From the human T2T-CHM13v2.0 reference genome, Homo sapiens, in the NCBI GenBank assembly GCA_009914755.4, contig CP086569.2:6656001-6720000 (forward strand): a stretch of DNA of 64,000 nt, read 5' to 3'. Of the stretch, positions 55,187 to 64,000 are shown one piece after another (position 1 is the stretch's first letter; each line of letters opens with the position of its first letter). A program made the translations under genes and the position numbers. Under the pieces are notes generated by a model that had not been told where the DNA came from, searched no databases, and saw nothing but the letters and a program-made list of their open reading frames with translations.

Positions 55187-57012
55187 ACCATAAGAAGGGA
55201 ACCGGGCTTAGGAATGGGGAAGAACTTTGAGGGTTTGAGATAATAACCTGTATAGAATTACACTGATTTACCTGACAGTTAGCAGGGAGGGCTGTTCCTC
55301 TAGTAAAATGAATGTATGGTTTTAGGAAATTACAAAAACTGGTTGGGGCAGTCCATTTTTGCTCTTTAATGGTCCACAGATCATTGGACCAACTATGGCA
55401 TAAAAGCTCTACATGGGGGAGCAAGACCCCTGGCTGACACTGAGGCCTTACTGAAATCTCTCTGGATTAAGTGGTCCCAATACACTAATGCTCGGTCTGA
55501 GGAGAGTCAGGAGGGACAGAGGTACTTTTCTGAAGTACAGAGCTGTCTTTGACTTGGCAAGTCCCCAGGGGTATAACAAGGCAAGCATTAAATGCAATAG
55601 TTTGAGGCGAAATTGACTAGGTTATGTTAATAACTAGGTCAGCAATAGAGCAAAGAAGAAAGAGAAATAGAATAGATGAAAGAGTTAAATTTTTCTTAGC
55701 TTTAGTTTGGTAGGGTTTTCCCCTGGGACTACACCCCACGACTCTGGAGGGGGTGGCGCTTTCTTGACTCGGGTGTGATGAATCCATCCCCTTCCACTGT
55801 ATGAACAGGAGTCTCCATGGTTAGCAGCACAAAGTAGATTCCTTCCCAGGCTGGCTGGGGTTTTCCTTCTTTCCACCCTTTGATGAGAATGTGATCCTCA
55901 GGCTGGTGCTGGTTTACCAGAAATTCTAGGAGTGGTACCTGTGCTAAAAGACTTTAGTTTTCAGGGAAAGGAAAGTGGAAGATAAACTAAGTATGAAATT
56001 GACCTTTTGTTTTAAATGTGGGGACGTCAGCAGTGGGCTTTATAGTCCTTGGTGCCTTCTTACTGAGAAATTTCCTTTAGCACCTATTTTTATTAGTTTT
56101 TAGACCAAAGAAAGCCAAACACCATTTTATATTTGACAGTGCTTCCTGTATGGTTTTTATACCAGATAAGCTAAATTTCGCCTTTATATTAGGGTGTTAT
56201 TAGTGTTAAACTTAGTTTTAATAAAACCTTGTAGGCATATTTATTCAATTTTTAATGTCTGACCATAAGGTAAGATTTTCATAGACTCTTCTTAACCTTT
56301 CATGATTTTTGTTAAAGAGCAGGTTAATGCTTTAAGAAAAACCTGTTGTGCTCTTATTTTAATGTCCAGTTCACAAAAAAAACTGAATGATACCCCTTTA
56401 ACTTTATCCAATATATTTACACACAGAATTTCCTTTACAATTAACGTTTCAAAACTTGCTTAAACTGTTAAAACAAAATATATATATTTTTACCCTTTTA
56501 ATGTAGGTAAAAATCCACATTCTTATGCCTCCTTATAATCCTTTTACCAAAGGTATATTTTACTTTCCTTATACACTTTGCACATAAACTGTTTTTTCTG
56601 TAGTTCCACGTTTAGGAGTCCTATTTACTTTTAAATTATACAATATTTCTTGCATAAATTCCCTTTTATACCTTTTTTTTTTCCACGACTTTCACAGACA
56701 ATTCTTTGACCTGCCTTAGCTTTCTGACTTGTTGCATCCATCCCTTTCTTTAAATAACTAGTTAATTTATTTTAGGACAAGAATTTACTATATAACATTC
56801 CTTTTTATATAAATTCTCCCCCTGCCTTTTTTTTTTTTTTCTCAACGTTGATAACCATTCTTTTCCAAGCAACTTGCTTCATGTCTGTGTTCTAGACTGC
56901 CTAAGGCCACAAGATTAGAAGTTAGGATAATACATGTTACACTGTTCACTTTTAGCAAATTTTACTTTTGTTGAAAACCGTGTAAGTTTGTGATTTCAAT
57001 TATCCTTTGCTA

Positions 57013-57216
57013 TTAATGAGATTGTTTAGTCCAAATTAACTTAGAATTGGTATAGATGGTTCCTTCCTGGTTCTGTAAGTACTTTAAGGCTTGTCTGAGA
57101 GCAAACAGATAACATGTTTGAGCAGACCAATTATTAGGCAATTTTCCTGACTCTGCTTTTACAAGAGTTTCCTTATCACTTACTGAATACCCATTATGTC
57201 TTTTTCCTTCTGTCAC
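57013..57216 (-). pseudogene. ERV pol remnant (RNase H motif)
   Basis: Minus ORF ..SAQTCYLFALRQALKYLQNQEGTIYTNSKLIW.. parallels the MLV-type RNase H ..[32 protein letters not shown].. Confidence 0.6.
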
Positions 57217-57423
57217 CCCGAAGGAACCATTTACTGTCCTGACCTGAAAGGAGTTCCACCTAGGTCTGGTTGGACCTTTCTATGGTAATTAATTAAGATT
57301 TAGATAACCTGTTAGGAAACCTGCTGGGTCAAGAGAATTATCAGTGGTTAATGTTAAATGATCTTTTTCTAACAGAATAGCCCCAAACTTTCAGATTTTT
57401 GAGTTAGTAAGCTACATTTTTGC

Positions 57424-57451
57424 TTTTTTTTTTTTTTTTTTTTTTTTTTGA
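57424..57451. repeat. Poly-T run (28 nt) inside the provirus
   Basis: tgc(t)28gatttagg. Confidence 0.9.
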
Positions 57452-57784
57452 TTTAGGATAGTTCTGAACTGGTGAGGTGTACTTACAATGAGGTTTCCTC
57501 TAAAAGTATTTTTCTACTTTCTTCTGTTAGCAAAGCATTTGCCGCTACAGATTGAATGCATTTGGGCCATTCTGGGTTTACTGGGTTAAGGATTTTTGAT
57601 TAGGAAGGCTACAGGTTTTCAGTGGCCTCAGTGCTTTAGGGCTACGCTCTTGTTTATACTGACAACAAGGTCGTGTTGGAATGTTACAGGGTCATGGAGA
57701 AGACCTTCATTATGATCAATTACAGGTTTTAAATTCACCCTGACTTTTAAAGGTATAGGGTACACTGTTTTCTCTTTACTACTT

Positions 57785-57900
57785 CTATCTCTCTCTTTTT
57801 CTTTTTCTTTGACTTCCTGTCTCTCTCTTTCTGTCTGTTTGACCCCTTCTTTGTGTCTCTGTCTCTTCCTCTCTCTTTCTCTCTCTCTCTCTCTGCTGTT
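57785..57900. repeat. (CT)n-rich low-complexity block inside the provirus
   Basis: ctctctctttttctttttctttgacttcctgtctctctctttctgtctg...ctctctttctctctctctctctctgctg. Confidence 0.7.
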
Positions 57901-58977
57901 GTTTCGCTTCCTCTACCAGCTGCTTATACCGCTGTTCTCCCCTCTCCTTCTCCTTCCCCTAGGGGAGGGACCAGCGGAAGTGGAGCTACTTATTCTTTCT
58001 TCCCCTGAAAGAAGAACACCCAAGATGGATATTAACATGACCTAAGTGTATAAATGAGGTTCTAAGAACTGTTCAATTTGGTCTGCCACTCCATAACGGT
58101 CATCTAGTAGCAGTTTAAGCCCCTTTTTAAAATTCTGGACTTACGAACTGGTTAGGGAGGCATTTACAAAGCCAATGCCTGCCCCCCCACCCCCTCCCCT
58201 GCCTTGTGGTACCTCTTTCAAAGGGAAGAGGGTCCAAGCTGACCTCTTAGGTACAGAGGGAAATGGAAAATTCTGAATATCTTTTTTACATTCATCTACC
58301 TCATGCTGGAGTCATTTTAGAGAGGGGTATTTAGGTTGGGAGAGAACAGGCTGGTGGAATGGTAATTCCTAAGAGTCAGGGTTATGAGGAGGAGGGCTCA
58401 TGTGAGTAGAGGGGGAATTTGGAATGGGATCTGAGGTGGCCGTGGCTGTCTGAGGGGAAAGACTGGGGACACTGAATGGGGGAACATAGACTAGGGGATC
58501 CCATGTGCTGGAATCTTTAGGCATGAGAGCTGGCTCCTCTGATTTTTCATTTTGAGGTGCCAGATTAGGTTCTTCCCTACTTGTTATTAAGGGAAAAAGG
58601 AGGGCAAGTCCTTGCCTCCAACAAAGGGCGTAGCCTACTTCTTGAGACACTGGACTTTTAGCATTAACGTGTCAGATTAGAAGCTGACACATTACATCCT
58701 CGTTTGACCCAAACTTTTGCCAGAAAATTGAGGATTTGAGGATGGGTCCCTGAGTCTAAATAAAAGAGCACTATTTTATCATTTGTTGCTTTTTCCTATG
58801 TTTAGTCCTTTCATTATCCTTCCAGTGTTTTAGCATGAGACCTATGAAGGTATTGGGGGGATATCTTTGTTACCATCTTTATCCTCCCTGCTCCCTGTCT
58901 TGCTTGGGGTATTTCCCTTCTTGATGGTTTTGGGGTCAGGTTCAAGGTTCAATGTCCGTTACTGAAAAATTCTCACC

Positions 58978-59104
58978 TTTTGGGGTGAGGCTCAATTTCC
59001 GCTAGTGGAAATTTCTTGCCTTTTGGGTTGAGGCTTAATTTCCCCACTGGAAATTTCTTGTGTTTTGGGCTGAGGCTCAATTTCCCCACTGGAAATTTCT
59101 TGCC
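58978..59104. repeat. 3 x 42-bp tandem repeat in the provirus leader (between PBS and gag), each unit with a 7-bp-stem hairpin
   Basis: ttttggggtgaggctcaatttccgctagtggaaatttcttgcc / ttttgggttgaggcttaatttccccactggaaatttcttgtg / ttttgggctgaggctcaatttccccactggaaatttcttgcc. Each unit contains aatttcc-NNNNN-ggaaatt. Confidence 0.75.
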
Positions 59105-59497
59105 TTTTCTACTACTGGAAGTTTGTGTGAGGTTCAGTCCCCCACAGTGGGGATGTCTCACCTCTTTTTAACCTCTAAGCCGCCCCCGACCAAGGGGTAC
59201 TTCACTGAACCCCCTGCGGCTTTCTCATCGTGGTCCCGACCACCAAGGAAATACTTTACCAGCTCCCCTGGCTTTTCTTTCCCTGGTCTGTGCACAGAGT
59301 AATCGCCACAGTATGTGAGGATCCTTTAAGCTAGGATGCTGGCAAGTTTTTAATTTTTTTTCCCGCGTGTTGCTGAGCGTTCAGGTTATTCCTCGCACAG
59401 GGTGGGTTCTGATTTTTCACCCCTGAGACCGCCACAAGGGGTGGGGCATGACTTCTCACCAGAGAGAGTCAGAGACAGTCCCCAGTGGGGAAATGTA

Positions 59498-59515
59498 ATC
59501 CCGGACGAGCCCCGA
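59498..59515 (-). other. Primer-binding site complementary to the tRNA-Pro 3' end
   Basis: Plus strand atcccggacgagccccga equals the tRNA-Pro 3' end atcccggacgagccccca at 16 of 18 positions. It is separated by aat from the LTR edge (tg at 59519). Confidence 0.7.
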
Positions 59516-59518
59516 AAT

Positions 59519-60075
59519 TGTTATATATAAAGTTTTGGTGCCGCAAAAGAAATAGCATTCGAATATAAAATATTCTTTTTAATTCTCAGCAAGGCAAGTT
59601 ACTTCTGTAGAAGGGTGACCCCTTACAGATGGAGCAATGGTGAGCGCACACTCGGACAAGGGAGGGGAAGGGTTCTTATCCCTGACGCACGTGACCCCTC
59701 CTGCTGTGTCGTTCCGCAATTGGCTAGGGTTAGACCACACAGGCTAAACTAATTCCGATTGGCTAATTTCAAGAGAGTGACAGGGTGATTGGTTTGGCAC
59801 GAAAAATGGTTATGGCAGAGCAGAAAATCGGAATGAGTCAGGATGGAGTAGGTAATCGGAATGAGTCAGGATGGAGTAGGTAATCGGAATGAGTCAGGGT
59901 GGAGCAGGTAATCTGAATGAGTCAGGGTGGAGTAGGTAATTGGAATGAGTCAGGGTAGAGTAGGTAATTGAAAAAGGTTGCTTTGTGAGGAAGTTAAGTT
60001 TAAAAGTGAAGGTAAAAAATTGAACATACTGACATATTGATTCTTTGAAAAGAAATTTAGAACTCATATCTAACA
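59519..60075 (-). mobile_element. ERV 5' LTR (relative to minus-strand provirus); ends 153 bp upstream of the TBL1Y exon starting at 60229
   Basis: tgttatatataaag...(28-bp units gagtcaggatggagtaggtaatcggaat x about 6 at 59832-59990)...ttgattctttgaaaagaaatttagaactcatatctaaca, then host GGGT. Confidence 0.85.
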
Positions 60076-60228
60076 GGGTCTATGCTACTTCCCCCGTGGC
60101 CCCCTGGCTGCTGGGAGCCAGCTATTTATGCTCCACTTCCCCGTGCCTCTCCTGCCCAGAGAGTAGAGACCATTCCCAGAGCCCTCACCCTTGTGAGCTG
60201 ATGGCTGTCCCTTGGCTTGCTTCCCCAG

Positions 60229-60481
60229 GATGGCACAGTGTTCGACAGCCGCCCTATAGAGTCCCTGTCCCTGATAGTTGCTGTGATTCCTGATGTGGTG
60301 CAGATGCGGCAGCAGGCATTTGGAGAGAAGCTCACTCAGCAGCAAGCCAGTGCAGCAGCCACAGAGGCATCAGCAATGGCAAAGGCGGCAACCATGTCCC
60401 CAGCTGCTATTTCCCAGCAAAATCCTCCAAAGAACCGAGAGGCCACAGTGAACGGGGAAGACAATGGAGCACATGAAATCA
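60229..60481 (+). CDS. TBL1Y: TBL1Y coding exon 3 ([84 protein letters not shown] plus 1 nt)
   Basis: Acceptor gcttgcttccccag|GAT at 60227-60228 and donor ATCA|gtgagtg at 60482-60483. Phase 0 in, phase 1 out (253 nt). The Ala/Thr/Met-rich linker and the [19 protein letters not shown] segment match my recollection of the Y paralog rather than TBL1X (..IDAVMPDVVQTRQQAFREK..poly-Ala). Confidence 0.9.
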
Positions 60482-61438
60482 GTGAGTGCGCAGGCTCTGG
60501 AAGTTTGGTGGGCCTCTCTGGGTTCATTGTTTTCTTTTAAATCTGGGTCAGTCTGAATGCCTTCTTAAAAACCTACCTGATATAAATGTCTTAGTAGCTG
60601 CTCTTTATTGTTTGCTTTCAATCTACCCAGAAGAGCTCCCGTTCCAGTTTTCCATCACAACCCTTCAACCAGACCTTCTTTACTCTCATCTTCAATTTCA
60701 GGAAATTGTGTGCACTGCCAGTCTGAGAACTCTCCTATAATACATGGTTATGGCCCATCATAAACAAAAGTGTTTAATTCATGGACAAATTTAGTCTCAG
60801 CCTCCAGCCCTCCATGTTGAGTGTTTTTGGCCAAATTGTGGTATAATCATTGAGTTCATGGTTCCTGCCGAGGGCACTGGGCCCCAAAAACTGAGCATCA
60901 GCTTATTTGGTCTTTGCAAAATCCCAGAACATCATTCCCTGTTAGGTAATTGCCAGCAAGTACATGGTAAGTCAGTGAGTCTGAATTTCTACCCAGAGAA
61001 CCTGCCCCACTTGGACATACTACTGCTCTATAAACCCATAGAGAAGCCACTTCAGCATGTATGTAAGTTCAGAGCATGCATATGTTCCATGAATGGTGCA
61101 CTAGTGGGTGGGAGGGTGTGTATATACATGTGTGCACCAGTGAACAAATTCTTAAAGTGCCTCTCTGGCTGGAGAATCAGATCTAGCATTTAATGAAAGC
61201 TCTCCTAGACTATTAATGTCTCTTCTATTAAAATAGTGTGACATAAAGGTTGTCTGCTTTGGGTCAATGAAAAGATATTCTGGCTTTTTATTTATAAAGT
61301 CCATGATTGTGGGGCAGGAAAAGGAGAGTAAGAGAATACCCAGCTTGTACCTACAGGTCATTTATTAACTATGCAGTGACATGGGGCACAACCCTCAGAT
61401 TCTCAAAATTGAGAAAATGGCTGAAGTTGTTTTCACAG

Positions 61439-61820
61439 TGGATATGATTGTTTGACTGCATCCCAACCCAAATCTCACCTTGAATTGGCTGCATCCCCAC
61501 CCAAATCTCTAGTTCCCTTGTGTCAAGGGCAGGACCAGGTGTAGATAATTGAATCATGGGGGGTAGTTTCCCCACTACTATTCTGGTAGTAGCGAATAAG
61601 TCTCATGAGATCTTACGGTTTTATAAATGGGAGTTCCTCTGCACAAGCTGTTTTGCCTGCCACCATGTAAGGCATAACTTTGCTCTTCCTTTGCCTTCCG
61701 CCATGACTGTGAGGACTCCCCAGCCATGTGGAACCATGAGTCCATTAAACCTCTTTCCTTTATAAATTATCCAGTCTTGGCTATGTCTCTATTAGCAGTA
61801 TGAGAACGGACAATTACAAC
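61439..61820 (+). mobile_element. MaLR LTR (THE1/MST type)
   Basis: ggatatgattgtttgactgcatcccaacccaaatctcaccttgaattggctgcatcc..gataattgaatcatggggggtagtttcc..gtctcatgagatcttacggttttataaatgggagttcctctgcacaagctg..ccatgtaaggcataactttgctcttcctttgccttccgccatgactgtgaggactccccagccatgtggaaccatgagtccattaaacctctttcctttataaattatccagtcttggctatgtctctattagcagtatgagaacggac. Confidence 0.8.
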
Positions 61821-62121
61821 AGTCTTACATCACAGAAAGTAATTTGTATTCATGAAGTTTCCGAAGTTGGCGTCTATGAAGGAAGAAATTTTCAATACAG
61901 CAAGGCAGCCTGTCCTCTCCACCACTGTTAAGTCTGAGGCCAGACCTGAAGTTCAGTTTTATTCTGTACCAATTTTTAAAAAAACAGAAACTCTAATGTG
62001 GAGTCCATGTTAACCCTGGCTGTGGACAGAGTAGAGACACCTACATGCCTTCAACCAAGTTGGCCAGTTGCAGGTAGATGGCTTTTGTTTCATTAGGACC
62101 TGCATGTGGTTCTTCACACTG

Positions 62122-62680
62122 ACTATGCAGTGACATGGGGCACAACCCTCAGATTCTCAAAATTGAGAAAATGGCTGTAGTTGTTTTCACAGTGGATATG
62201 GTTGTTTGACTGCATCCCAACCCAAATCTCACCTTGAATTGGCTGCATCCCCACCCAGATCTCTAGTTCCCATGTGTCAAGGGCAGGACCAAGACTGGGT
62301 AATTTATAAAGGAAAGAGGTTTAATGGACTCGTGGTTCCACATGGCTGGGGAGTCCTCACAGTCATGGCAGAAGGTAAAGGAAGAGCAAAGGTATGCCTT
62401 ACATGGTGGCAGGCAAGACAGCTTGTGCAGAGGAACTCCCATTTATAAATAGTCGGTGTGCCCACCACTGATGCTCCTCCTCCAATGGACACCTTCCTGA
62501 ATGATAGACCTTCTGCTCTATTTCCTGGGCCTGGGGCTACCTGCAGTGTTTCCACTGTTCCATTGGCAGAGTGCCCTTGTATTGCAGCAAGGCAGCCTGT
62601 GCTCTCCACCACTGTTATGTCTCAGCAGTCTGAGGCCAGACCTGAAGTCCAGTTTTATTTTAATCCTCAAGAACTGTTTT
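62122..62680. repeat. Tandem duplicate of 61368-62121 with an inverted sub-segment (62296-62455 is the reverse complement of 61600-61765)
   Basis: 62122-62295 is about 95% identical to 61368-61545 in direct orientation. 62296-62455 matches the LTR 3' half in reverse complement. 62590-62670 matches 61893-61965 in direct orientation again. Confidence 0.7.
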
Positions 62681-62682
62681 TG

Positions 62683-62687
62683 TTGTT

Positions 62688-62718
<31 letters not shown>

Positions 62719-62997
62719 AGATGGAGACTTACTCTGTCACCCAGGCTGGAGTGCAGTGGTGTGATCTCTGCTCACTGCAGGCTCCACCTCTCAGGATTCA
62801 ACAATTCTCCTGCCTCAGCCTCCCAGTAGCTGGGACTACAGGCACACACCACCACACCCAGCTAATTTTGTATTTTTAGTAGAGACAAGGTTTCACCATT
62901 TTGGTCAGGCTGGTTTTAAACTCCTGACCTCAGGTGATCTGCCTGTCTCAGCTTCCCAAAGTGCTGGAATTACCGGCGTCAGCCACCACGCCCGGCT
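62683..62997 (-). mobile_element. Alu SINE (antisense) with (GTT)n, the antisense A-rich tail, and about 13-bp TSD
   Basis: (ttg)n then gagatggagacttactctgtcacccaggctggagtgcagtggtgtgatctc ... ccggcgtcagccaccacgcccggct. The flanks aagaactgttttt at 62670-62682 and 63000-63012 match. Confidence 0.85.
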
Positions 62998-63020
62998 AAG
63001 AACTGTTTTTTTTTTTTTTT

Positions 63021-63312
63021 GGCCAGATGCGGTGGCTCTTGCCTATAATCCCAGCACTTGGGAGGCCCAAGGAAGAAGACTGATTGAATCTAGGAGTTCA
63101 AGACCAGACTGGGAAAGAGAGAAAGACCTCGGCTTTACAGAAAATGTAGAAATCAGCCAGGTGGGGTGGCACATGCCTGTAGTCCGAGGTACTCAGGGGG
63201 CTGAGTGGGGAGGATCACTTGAGCTCAGGGGGTGGAGTCTACAGAGAACTGCGATAGCACCACTGCACTCCAGCCTGTGCAACAGAGCAAAACACTGTCT
63301 CAAAAAATTAAA
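63021..63312 (+). mobile_element. Alu SINE
   Basis: ggccagatgcggtggctcttgcctataatcccagcacttgggaggcc ... ccactgcactccagcctgtgcaacagagcaaaacactgtctcaaaaaa. Confidence 0.85.
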
Positions 63313-63516
63313 AGTAGAAAGAACTTTTTTTCCTGCTACTTGCGAGAAAAGTAGCCACTTTCCAGGCTGGTTTTCCTGACCATGGCATTTAAGGTTTGTC
63401 TCCATCATAAATGAACCTACCCAGGAGCCCAAAACCATTAATCTATGGCACTCCCAGGTTAGGCTCCTTCAATTTGAAGTCCTGGTGGTTCTGCCTGGAC
63501 TGAGAATTCTGATATG

Positions 63517-63815
63517 GAACAGGAGCTGTGGCTCATGCCTGTAGTCACACTGCTTTGGAAGGCTCAGGTGGGAGAATCGCTTGAGCCTAGAAGTTCAAGA
63601 CAACATAGCAAGGCCCCGTATCTACAAAAAGTTTTAAAAATTACCTGGGGGTAGCAGCATGTGTCTGTAGTCCCAGCTCCTCAGGAGGCTGAAGCAGGAG
63701 GATTGCTCGAGCTGGGAAGGTTGAGGCTGGAGTGAGCCATCAAGGCAAGACACTGCAGTGTAGCCTGGGTGACACAGCACAGACCCTGTCTCTAAAAAGA
63801 AAATTTTCAAAAGAA
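63517..63815 (+). mobile_element. Alu SINE
   Basis: ggaacaggagctgtggctcatgcctgtagtcacactgctttggaaggctcaggtgggagaatcgcttgagcc ... agcctgggtgacacagcacagaccctgtctctaaaaag. Confidence 0.85.
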
Positions 63816-64000
63816 AGTGGCTCCAATAAGAAAACAGCACTTGAGCCCATGGGCTTGGTGTTTGAAGGCAGGGGACATTTGGAAGGAATGATGGTATTTA
63901 CCAGTGGGAACTTCCTACATGCAGAAACGATGCCACAGAAAGGTACATTTTAATGAAATGTCTTGTTTTATCAAAAACACAGGAAACTTCCAGCTGGTAC

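Larger units (their letters stand above)
53100..60075 (-). mobile_element. Degraded class I (gammaretrovirus-like) endogenous retrovirus provirus: LTR-env-pol(partial)-gag(partial)-LTR, about 6.98 kb, antisense to TBL1Y
   Basis: Two direct LTR copies (53100-53672 and 59519-60075) both start tgttatRWataaag and end tctaac(c)a. Identical 4-bp flanks GGGT at 53096-53099 and 60076-60079. A tRNA-Pro PBS abuts the upstream LTR on the minus strand, and a polypurine tract abuts the other. Minus-strand ORFs give retroviral Env and RNase H motifs. The internal region is only about 5.85 kb, with a poly-T run at 57424-57451 and a CT-rich block at 57785-57900, so gag and pol are largely deleted or decayed. 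Confidence 0.85.

Noticed and set aside
61556-62612. Two near-identical ORFs on opposite strands (61556-61765 plus and 62304-62612 minus) that look like a conserved gene pair
   Set aside because: They are explained by the MaLR LTR segment being present in inverted duplicate. The peptide is an LTR-internal chance frame.

Overview
This window is primate (almost certainly human) Y-chromosomal genomic DNA, not a prokaryotic locus. It contains the 5' part of TBL1Y (transducin beta-like 1, Y-linked) on the + strand. I can support three coding exons, with the start codon at 21415, spliced in frame. They encode the LisH-containing N-terminus MSITSDEVNFLVYRYLQESG / [48 protein letters not shown] / [85 protein letters not shown] candidate upstream non-coding exon is also present. 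Introns are about 18 kb and 21 kb and are filled with interspersed repeats: about 22 Alu copies (several with intact target-site duplications, TSDs), five L1 fragments, MaLR LTRs, DNA-transposon fragments, a HERV-W solo LTR and simple repeats that include a roughly 360-bp GATA array. The most notable structure is a roughly 7-kb degraded class I (gamma-like) endogenous retrovirus provirus at 53100-60075. It lies antisense to TBL1Y and has a 4-bp TSD (GGGT), a tRNA-Pro primer-binding site, U3 28-bp tandem repeats, and env (CX6CC TM) and RNase H remnants. Its 5' LTR ends only 153 bp upstream of the exon-4 splice acceptor. Other points of interest are a roughly 750-bp tandem segmental duplication with an inverted LTR sub-segment downstream of exon 4, a HERV-W LTR insertion whose empty-site paralog lies in the same window, and asymmetric CpG retention between the two ERV LTRs. 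I found no CRISPR array, no prokaryotic operon and no novel defence-type system. All family assignments come from reading the sequence against remembered consensus motifs; I ran no database search.
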